Source: a virus (Duplodnaviria > Caudoviricetes). From it: DNA of 54,045 bases. Made by a program: the position numbers and the translations under genes. Under the pieces are notes generated by a model that worked only from the letters and a program-made list of their open reading frames with translations, was not told where the DNA came from and searched no databases. The stretch lies in the IMG/VR virus record IMGVR_UViG_3300017971_000341, positions 1-54,045 of that record, one strand, 5' to 3'. Shown piece by piece: positions 47,212 through 54,045 of this stretch (the stretch's first letter is position 1; each line of letters opens with the position of its first letter).

Positions 47212-47815
47212 GTTGTCCTCCCCTGCTTAGTTCTCGAATATGAGACGGATCCACTAGATTGAAGAAATTCTCTAACGGAGTGCAGAACACCCGGAGTCCT
47301 TCTGCTGTCAGTAGCATAGCCTTGGGTCGTGCTTCGTTGATTCTGGATTTGGTCGCGTTCGCAAGATCCGCATAGAATCTCCATGGCATGAGAACCATTG
47401 ATTTCCTTCGGTCCCTTGCGTGAATCAGAATCCAATAGAGGGCGCCGCTGTTTATCGAGTCCTCGCGGACCTGTCCTATGAATCTCTCCAGTGGCTGTGG
47501 GTGCATTTCTGTCGTCTTGGTCTTGGGAGAATATGCTGGTGCTTTATCTAGGACGTCGTGGATTGTGGCCTTGTTGTAGCCCTTCTTCAATTCGATTGTG
47601 GCCACGTCTAGAAGAGTAGATCCGATTGGATCTACAGCAAGGACGTCAGCATATTGCCCATGGGTCCTCTTGCCAATCTTGGCTCTCGCTTTGGACATGG
47701 CTCCACTACCAGCCGTACGCCAGAATACGTCGTCCCTCTCGCCACGTGTCCACCAGAGAGAGATCGCCCGACATATAGACCTCTCGTATGCGCTCCCTTT
47801 GGATTGCTTAGCCAC
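47174..47815 (-). CDS. Holliday junction resolvase (PD-(D/E)xK, Hjc-like)
   Basis: KGSAYER..SG..ADV..IELK. Confidence 0.75.
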   Translation of the reverse strand: MAKQSKGSAYERSICRAISLWWTRGERDDVFWRTAGSGAMSKARAKIGKRTHGQYADVLAVDPIGSTLLDVATIELKKGYNKATIHDVLDKAPAYSPKTKTTEMHPQPLERFIGQVREDSINSGALYWILIHARDRRKSMVLMPWRFYADLANATKSRINEARPKAMLLTAEGLRVFCTPLENFFNLVDPSHIRELSRGGQRGRKGRGQAVKS

Positions 47816-47818
47816 TGA

Positions 47819-48562
47819 TCACCACAACAATCCCACCTTTCGGTTGGTCCAGATCACCTCTATTGATTTGTTGATCTTCTGCTCATAGCTTGCTCGCGGT
47901 CTTGCTTTGACCAGTGGTCGAAACGGTAGCCAATCAGCTCCTTCGTTCTCGCACACGATCACAAAACCCTTCCTGCTCTTGCACCAATGTGCTAAGTGGT
48001 CGTAGTCAATTTGATTATCGTGGTATCTCCTTCCAGCCTCATTGTTGTATGGAGGATCCACAAACCATGTAGCTTCTTGATTCTTCAGCTCTGAGTAGTC
48101 TTTGCAGAGGATCGTCCATGACGGTACTGGTGTGTGGAGTGTCTTGATTGACTGTTTGATACGGCTGGAGCAGACAGACCCAAACTCCGTTACAATCTTA
48201 TGCCCCACTGTGTTATCACCATCTATCCCTCCAATTCCTTGTGCTCCCCAGCAACGCAAAAAGTAGAATAGACCGGTGCCGAATCTTGCCAGGTCTCTTA
48301 TGTCTGTCCCTTTATCCAATCTATCCGGCAGTAGATCTAACAACTCAGCCGTGGAGTGCTTCTGCAGGAATTTCCAGATCTTGTATGTGGGTTTGTTCAA
48401 ATCATTCAGAATCACGCGCCTTCCGCGTGACCAGTACAGGCTATATGCACCAGATCCAGCGAACGGTTCAACGATCGTCTTGTGCCTTGGCCTGGAATAT
48501 AGGTGGATTACTTTGCTTTTTGATCCATAGTAGGAGAACAGAGATCTGTGACGTCTAGTCAC
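47819..48562 (-). CDS. DNA N6-adenine methyltransferase (Dam/D12 class)
   Basis: YYGSK, EPFAGSG, VDPPY. Confidence 0.85.
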   Translation of the reverse strand: MTRRHRSLFSYYGSKSKVIHLYSRPRHKTIVEPFAGSGAYSLYWSRGRRVILNDLNKPTYKIWKFLQKHSTAELLDLLPDRLDKGTDIRDLARFGTGLFYFLRCWGAQGIGGIDGDNTVGHKIVTEFGSVCSSRIKQSIKTLHTPVPSWTILCKDYSELKNQEATWFVDPPYNNEAGRRYHDNQIDYDHLAHWCKSRKGFVIVCENEGADWLPFRPLVKARPRASYEQKINKSIEVIWTNRKVGLLW

Positions 48563-48563
48563 T

Positions 48564-49454
48564 CTACCTCCTCCTGAATCTGATTCTCTTGTGGCCATGA
48601 AAGAATCTGATCCATGCGTTCCTCTTAGGTCCCTGCAAGTAGGACACGATCCCGTACCTCTTGCACAGATCAAAGAATTCACCTGGGTTGTATCTTGGCT
48701 CTCGTAGATCGACTGTCTTAGTCCTCTCGTGTGGGAGAATCACTAGTGGTTTGTTTCTGGCTACGATCCTCTGTCCGTTCTCTGAAGTGATTGCTTGATA
48801 TGTCTTGTAGCGACTGGGCAGACAACCGGTGAGGTACTTGACAGCTGTCTGCTCCCCTACTCCCTGGATCCCGGGAACTCCGTCACTGGAGCACCCTGCT
48901 ATAGATTTGACCTCTCCCCACCTGTGTGGCGAGATTCCACGAGCCGCCAGGAAGGACGCGGGATTGTGACAGGTCCCTCTGCTGGGGTCATACCAATGCA
49001 CCGAGTCTCGAATGCATTGGTACAGATCCCCGTCAGACGTGACCATGATCGCTTGCGTTTGTGTCCCCTCGAATTGAGAAGCAGCCATTGCAATCAGATC
49101 GTCAGACTCAAGCCCTACCTGCCTGTAGATCTTGAATCCAGACTCAGGAAGGATCTTGGTCTGCAACAATCTGACCTGATCCCACATGATTGAGATCTGT
49201 TCCCGCTCCTCCTCTGTCCTGTTGTCTACTCGTTTTTGTTTGTACTCTGGGAAAGATTGCTTTCGGTGGCTCTTCTTGGAATCAGCGAAGAGAGCTACTC
49301 GATTGCTCAATACCTTGGGATCGGTGCAGATCGACCTGAGTTGCTCCAGGAACCCGAATATGACTCCTGTCGGATAGTCCTCGTGCTCCAATCCGTGGAG
49401 AGCACACCGGGCTCTGTGGGCTAGATAGGAGAGATCAATTAGTACCCAGATCAC
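48564..49454 (-). CDS. 5'-3' exonuclease / flap endonuclease (Pol I N-terminal, T5 type)
   Basis: LID..Y.AHRA, YKQKR, ESDD, SDGDL.Q, AG.SSD.VPG..GVG. Confidence 0.9.
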   Translation of the reverse strand: MIWVLIDLSYLAHRARCALHGLEHEDYPTGVIFGFLEQLRSICTDPKVLSNRVALFADSKKSHRKQSFPEYKQKRVDNRTEEEREQISIMWDQVRLLQTKILPESGFKIYRQVGLESDDLIAMAASQFEGTQTQAIMVTSDGDLYQCIRDSVHWYDPSRGTCHNPASFLAARGISPHRWGEVKSIAGCSSDGVPGIQGVGEQTAVKYLTGCLPSRYKTYQAITSENGQRIVARNKPLVILPHERTKTVDLREPRYNPGEFFDLCKRYGIVSYLQGPKRNAWIRFFHGHKRIRFRRR

Positions 49455-50593
49455 AATCCGAATCCTACCGTGGATTGCTTGGTGTGAGGGGAGAGCCAAA
49501 GCACTTCCTTGTGTCGATTCTTTGTATTTGCTGTCTGCTTGCCCTTATGTGTCCCGTAGGCTCTATTCACTGAATAGCGATAGACCACCCAATTGTCCGG
49601 CATTTTATGCTCTCCTTGATAGCCGGCCAAGACAATCCGCAGTCTGGATTCCTCCCCATGCTCTACTGCCCAATCCCTCACGAGCCTAGACACATTACCT
49701 CCGTCGTGGGTGTAGAGATCCTTCTCACGAATCTCATCGTCATAAGGAGGATCCAGAAAGATTCCTACCGATCCCTCTCTTGGGTATGTCAAAGCCCCCA
49801 TAGTTAGGACTCTTGTCCAATCCCCACAAATCACCCTCACGTCCTCCAGACGCTCCGACAATTGGATCATGTAGGCTAGGATCCAATTGTGCCGGCCCCT
49901 AGATTGCTGTCTGTTGATCCCTTGGCCTGAATTCCCTAGGTGGGGTCGCTGTCTGTTGATTCCTTGGCCTGAATCCCCTAGGTGGGGTCGCTGTCTGTTG
50001 ATTCCTTGGCCTGAATCCCCTAGGTGGGGTCGCTGTCTGTTGATTCCTTGGCCTGAATCCCCTAGGTGGGGTCGCTTTCTGCTGATTCCTTGGCCTGAAT
50101 CCCCTAGGTGGGGTCGCTGTCTGTTGATTCCTCGACCAGATTCTTTTACCAATCTCTTCTTTTCACGATCCAATACCCAGGGACCTTGGCCACTACACCA
50201 CCCAGCACCAATCCATGAGCAGATTCCCCACACCCACCATCCTGCTACCTTGGCACTGTAGTAATTGGGATCTGCTTCCAGTCTCTCCCTCCTCCTCTTC
50301 TGGGTTCTGACTAGCCACGAATGTTTAGCCACTAGATCGCATTCGTTCACGGGGTCAGACGCGAAATCAGCCACTCTCTCTGGATCATGTTTCACAGCTC
50401 GCCAGAAATTGGCGATAAAATAATCAAGATCGTTAACGGTCTCTGTCCTATGATTGTGGCTCTTGGGCCTCTCGAGCAGCACAGCCAAACTACCCGCAAA
50501 TGGTTCCACGTAGTGATGCACATCTCCCAGAGCAGACCACACTAGATCTGCTGCCCTCCTCTTTCCCCCAAACCAGGGAAATGGCGCCTTCAT
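49451..50593 (-). CDS. DNA N6-adenine methyltransferase with an internal 14-aa tandem repeat
   Basis: PFPWFGGK, YVEPFAGS, ETVND, LDPPY. Confidence 0.88.
   Translation of the reverse strand: MKAPFPWFGGKRRAADLVWSALGDVHHYVEPFAGSLAVLLERPKSHNHRTETVNDLDYFIANFWRAVKHDPERVADFASDPVNECDLVAKHSWLVRTQKRRRERLEADPNYYSAKVAGWWVWGICSWIGAGWCSGQGPWVLDREKKRLVKESGRGINRQRPHLGDSGQGISRKRPHLGDSGQGINRQRPHLGDSGQGINRQRPHLGDSGQGINRQRPHLGNSGQGINRQQSRGRHNWILAYMIQLSERLEDVRVICGDWTRVLTMGALTYPREGSVGIFLDPPYDDEIREKDLYTHDGGNVSRLVRDWAVEHGEESRLRIVLAGYQGEHKMPDNWVVYRYSVNRAYGTHKGKQTANTKNRHKEVLWLSPHTKQSTVGFGL
49906..50131. repeat. 42-bp in-frame tandem repeat (GINRQRPHLGDSGQ), about 5.3 copies
   Basis: Copies of GGTGGGGTCG spaced 42 bp apart. 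Confidence 0.95.
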
Positions 50594-51453
50594 AATCCGA
50601 ATCCCTTCATCGCCTTCCCTTCCCCTCTTTTGATCCACAAACTCTCTACTCTTGATTGGTTCTTGTTCAAGGATCCAATCCCTTTCAATCCTGTCTTTCT
50701 GGTCCTGGGTGCAGCAAAACAGACCGTTTTCCAGTCATGTCTGGCCCACTCTGGCGAATTGTCTAGCGGTTTGTGGATCTCATGCCAATAGCCCGACAAA
50801 GCCACTGATCCCTGTAGACCCATGATTGTGTCTACTAATTCCACGTGGTCCTCTAGATTCAGCTCCTCGTGATAAACCCCATCCCGACGCAAATCTGGCA
50901 CGTATGGAGGATCCAAGTAGAACAGGGTCTCTTTTGAGTCGTAGAAATCCAGGACCTTTCGCCAATCATTACACTCGATTTGAACTCTGCGCAGCCTCCT
51001 GTGAATTTGGGGGAGGCCTTCCACCGCACTGATCCAGGTTTGAGTAGCTAAACTAGAAGTGGGACTGAACCCCCACCCAGATGTCCTGTTCAACCCTCCT
51101 GTTCCTCCAAAGGATTGACGATTTAACACATACCACTTGACGGCACGGGCGACTTGGTCCTTCTCGCCTCTCCATGTATTCTTACAGTCCATCCACAGCT
51201 GGCGAGAATGAGGGAGCGCACTAACCCTCCGAGCAAATTTCTTGAACTTCTTTGGATCCGATAAGACACAGAACAAATCATACAACGCGTGATCTAGATC
51301 ATTGTAGACCTCTAGATCTACTGGGCTCCGAGCAAACAGGAGACTAGCACCACCTCCAAAGACTTCCACGTAACGAGAGCATAGGGGCATTAAGGGAATG
51401 ATCTTCTTGGCGATCGCCCCCTTCCCACCGAACCATAGCAGAGGTCCTCTCAT
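50590..51453 (-). CDS. dam: Dam-like DNA adenine methyltransferase
   Basis: WFGGK, YVEVFGGG, EVYNDLD, FYLDPPY. Confidence 0.9.
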   Translation of the reverse strand: MRGPLLWFGGKGAIAKKIIPLMPLCSRYVEVFGGGASLLFARSPVDLEVYNDLDHALYDLFCVLSDPKKFKKFARRVSALPHSRQLWMDCKNTWRGEKDQVARAVKWYVLNRQSFGGTGGLNRTSGWGFSPTSSLATQTWISAVEGLPQIHRRLRRVQIECNDWRKVLDFYDSKETLFYLDPPYVPDLRRDGVYHEELNLEDHVELVDTIMGLQGSVALSGYWHEIHKPLDNSPEWARHDWKTVCFAAPRTRKTGLKGIGSLNKNQSRVESLWIKRGEGKAMKGFGL

Positions 51454-52550
51454 TGGTACCGCTTCTTTCGATTCAGCTCTCCAGCTTCCTCTATCTCCCT
51501 CCAGCAATCACCAACTACAGATTGCAACTGTCTAACCAGTCCTTCCCGTTCGATTGTCTCTATCAAACTCTCCCGAGTCCCACTGATCCCTAGACCCTCA
51601 GCCTTGATTGTTTTCTTGGTCTTCTTCCATTGACCTTCAGCTGTCAGATAATCAATGCACGAGCCGATATCGTCTATCCCATACGAGGGATAAATCAGAG
51701 TCTCAACCTCATGGAGTTTGCCTGTTGTCCTGTTCTTTTTTATCTGCAATTTGATCTTGGTTCCAATCTTCCTGGCCTTGCCTCGAATCGTCTTCTTGAC
51801 GACTCCGGAGACTGAAGACCAAATCTCTACTGTGCTGTAGAACCGAAGAGCCTTTCCTCCTGATCTCGTCTTTCTCTCGAATCCAAATCCGAGGTTGTCT
51901 CGAGTCTGGGAGACCACAATTAGAATACTCCCAGTCTTGCTTAGCCCACTCAGAATCCTGCGAATCCCTGCACTGTTAGCCTTGGCCTTCGCCGTCCCAT
52001 AGGACCCCGTGGTTTCCCTCCCCTGCTTGTGTGCTGCTTTCTGCTGCTGGAATTTGGTGCTGTCTTCCTCGGAGTAGAGGGCGTCCATGGAATCCAAAAC
52101 ATAGACGAATGGAGAGCCGTCCTGTACTGCGTCGTCTACGTGGTAGTAGAAATCCTCTACAGTCCTAGAGTAGATTGGGTTGTTGTCCTCGTCTCTTGCC
52201 GGAGGCTCAACCCTGACCGCTGTCGTCTTTCCAAACAGACCAGCAACATCTAGCAGCATGCCGTCTTCTGCATTGTCGTAGACCAGACGGTACTTGTGGA
52301 ATCTCCGACTTCTGCACGCTTCTGCAAAGCATGACATTGAGAGGAATGTTTTTCCGCTGGTGCTGTCCCCTACTAGTAGGTAGTACTTCCCGCACAGGAA
52401 CCCTCCATAAGGATTACCAGAGCACGCTAGATTTAGCAGGGTGCTGCCGGTCGACAGCAGATCACTCCTTTTGATCCTCTTGCTTCTCCTTTTCTCTCTT
52501 CTCGATTTGGCTACTGCCTGAGCAGCTCGTTTAATTCTTTTGATCGTCAC
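51450..52550 (-). CDS. recA: RecA-like recombinase
   Basis: GDSTSGKT, DNAE, VLDS..AL, SQTRD, SGGKALRFY, KNR. Confidence 0.9.
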   Translation of the reverse strand: MTIKRIKRAAQAVAKSRREKRRSKRIKRSDLLSTGSTLLNLACSGNPYGGFLCGKYYLLVGDSTSGKTFLSMSCFAEACRSRRFHKYRLVYDNAEDGMLLDVAGLFGKTTAVRVEPPARDEDNNPIYSRTVEDFYYHVDDAVQDGSPFVYVLDSMDALYSEEDSTKFQQQKAAHKQGRETTGSYGTAKAKANSAGIRRILSGLSKTGSILIVVSQTRDNLGFGFERKTRSGGKALRFYSTVEIWSSVSGVVKKTIRGKARKIGTKIKLQIKKNRTTGKLHEVETLIYPSYGIDDIGSCIDYLTAEGQWKKTKKTIKAEGLGISGTRESLIETIEREGLVRQLQSVVGDCWREIEEAGELNRKKRYQ

Positions 52551-52572
52551 ATAGACCCCGCTGGTGATAGGT

Positions 52573-52674
52573 GGGGAGGAGGAGCCGAAAAACGCCCGAG
52601 AGATAACACACCACTCGATTGCTCCGATCTTCAGCTGGATCACTCCAACCAATTGGTTGTGGCCCCTCCTCCCC
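52573..52674 (-). ncRNA. Candidate structured RNA between the SSB and RecA genes
   Basis: 14-bp closing stem with a G-U pair on the minus strand, enclosing three smaller hairpins. Confidence 0.35.
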
Positions 52675-52685
52675 TATGAATCTAG

Positions 52686-53864
52686 CTACGAATCGCTGGC
52701 CTCCTCGCAAGCCTCCCAGTGAGGACAATCCTCGCACTCGTCGTGGACGTCGCAGTCCTCTCCGAATTTGCCACCAGCTGGGCACTTGTTCTTTGAGGTC
52801 TTCTTCTTGGTTGCCTTCTTCTTCGGGGCTTTCTTGACTGCCTTCTTCTTCGTGGCCTTCTTCTTGGCCTTCTTCTTGGCCTTCTTCTTGGCCGGAGGTG
52901 GAGGCTCTTGCTCTTCGTCCTCCTCTTCGTCCTCCTCTTCGTCCTCCTCTTCGTCCTCCTCTTCGTCCTCCTCTTCGTCCTCCTCTTCGTCCTCCTCTTC
53001 GTCCTCAGAATCCCAGGGAGGCTTGTCTTCCTTGGCCTTCTTCTTAGTAGCCTTCTTGGGTCTCTTTTTCTCTGCCTCGTCTTCCTCGTCTTCCTCCTCG
53101 TCTCCTATGTCCTCTTGGAAGAATAGATCCTTGAGTTTCTCGTAGCTCATCACATTGAGGCATTTGTCGAGATCTACTGTGCTCTCTAGAATCTCATCCT
53201 CGTCTAGGTCTCCCCGATCCACAAAAGAGAATCGAGTAGCCTTGAGGTACTTGGCGCCGTTGAAAGTCGCCTCTGAGAATCTGACCTCGAGTGTTCTGCC
53301 TCCATCCGTGCAGTGGTAGAAATCCCAGTTGTCCTCGTCGGTCTCTTCGATCTCTTTCTTGAGTCCTTGTGATCCCTTGTCGTAGGACCAAAACTTCCCG
53401 GAAGAAGTGTTGTACACACTGAATTTCTCTTCTTCACGATTGAATTTGTTGAACATCACATACTGGCGAGCCTTCAGCGAATCAATCACGTCCTGGTGTG
53501 CCAGGTCCCCATTGCGTCTGTCCAGCTTGATCAATCTGTCCATCTCCTCATGAATTGGACAGGGCTTGTTGATCGACTTGGGACAGACGACATCCCATCC
53601 GTTTGGCCCCACGTTTCTGTGTACAAGGTAGTGTCTCTTGTACCAGAGGGCTCCCTTGTCCACATTGTCTGGGTGGCTATCTACCGTGACCTCGTAGGGC
53701 ACCAAATCAATTACTTGTGTTCCCTTCTTCGTCGGATACCACTCCTCCACACCGTCTGGCAGATTGAGCAGAGGTGGCCCATGTCCTCCGGTGCTTGCAT
53801 TCTTTTTGGTGTGGCTTGACGGCATTCGCTTTCTTCGACTCTTCCTACGACTTCTCTTTGCCAT
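52686..53864 (-). CDS. T4 gp32-like ssDNA-binding protein with acidic, Lys-rich and Cys-cluster tail
   Basis: HYLVH..CP....KPCPI Zn site; adjacent to RecA; EEED and KKAK repeats; CPAG..C..C..C..C end. Confidence 0.7.
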   Translation of the reverse strand: MAKRSRRKSRRKRMPSSHTKKNASTGGHGPPLLNLPDGVEEWYPTKKGTQVIDLVPYEVTVDSHPDNVDKGALWYKRHYLVHRNVGPNGWDVVCPKSINKPCPIHEEMDRLIKLDRRNGDLAHQDVIDSLKARQYVMFNKFNREEEKFSVYNTSSGKFWSYDKGSQGLKKEIEETDEDNWDFYHCTDGGRTLEVRFSEATFNGAKYLKATRFSFVDRGDLDEDEILESTVDLDKCLNVMSYEKLKDLFFQEDIGDEEEDEEDEAEKKRPKKATKKKAKEDKPPWDSEDEEEDEEEDEEEDEEEDEEEDEEEDEEEDEEQEPPPPAKKKAKKKAKKKATKKKAVKKAPKKKATKKKTSKNKCPAGGKFGEDCDVHDECEDCPHWEACEEASDS

Positions 53865-53982
53865 TGCGATCCCTTTCGTCCAGTGATCTGATAATTGCTC
53901 TCGTGGCTACTCGTGCAGCCACATAGACCCACGGAATCAGAGCTGCCCCAATCACAATCAGGGTCAGCCAATCAAGTCTCAT
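53845..53982 (-). CDS. 45-aa membrane protein
   Basis: MRLDWLTLIVIGAALIPWVYVAARV...; GGAGG RBS. Confidence 0.5.
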   Translation of the reverse strand: MRLDWLTLIVIGAALIPWVYVAARVATRAIIRSLDERDRNGKEKS

Positions 53983-54045
53983 TGTCCTCCTCCTCGTCCT
54001 CAGAGATCAGGAAGACCGAATAGACCCACGGAATCAGAGCTGCCC
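53923..54045. repeat. 26-bp direct repeat (53923-53948 and 54020-54045)
   Basis: ATAGACCCACGGAATCAGAGCTGCCC occurs twice; the second copy ends at the window edge. Confidence 0.9.

Noticed and set aside
49906-50131. Possible CRISPR array
   Set aside because: Units are contiguous with no unique spacers, lie in frame within a gene, and no cas genes are present
52573-52674. tRNA gene
   Set aside because: Branched fold, but no T-loop or D-loop consensus and the stem lengths are wrong; I recognised no tRNA elsewhere
52768-53145. Plus-strand poly-Ser and LFVL-repeat ORFs
   Set aside because: Antisense shadows of the SSB tail repeats
53923-54045. 26-bp repeat as an att site or terminal repeat
   Set aside because: Copies are only 97 bp apart, one lies inside a small ORF, and the other ends at the window edge; no integrase seen; likely an assembly-end artefact

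Overview
This window looks like a near-complete genome of an uncultured tailed dsDNA phage (Caudoviricetes). It is siphovirus-like: it has a tail tube, a frameshifted tail chaperone and a tape measure protein, with no sheath recognised. The central plus-strand late operon (about 9.5-39.2 kb) runs terminase, portal, head, neck, tail and fibre genes. Two minus-strand arms flank it. The left arm carries an HNH-like gene, a sigma-like gene, an SNF2 helicase, primase, an iteron-bearing initiator, a DnaB-like helicase, an H1-like protein, a sliding clamp and the start of a family-4 UDG (probably the N-terminus of a DNA polymerase). The right arm carries a gp32-like SSB, RecA, three N6-adenine methyltransferases, a 5'-3' exonuclease, a resolvase, a split SbcC with SbcD, and a GC-rich early cassette. 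The two arms probably join through a missing segment. The most striking feature is a dispersed glycan-modification set inside the virion operon: an APS kinase (PAPS supply), two sulfotransferase-like domains, three SAM methyltransferase domains and four glycosyltransferase-like genes. This suggests the phage builds a sulfated, methylated glycan on its virion or on the host surface. All calls come from motif recognition by eye; no database searches were run.
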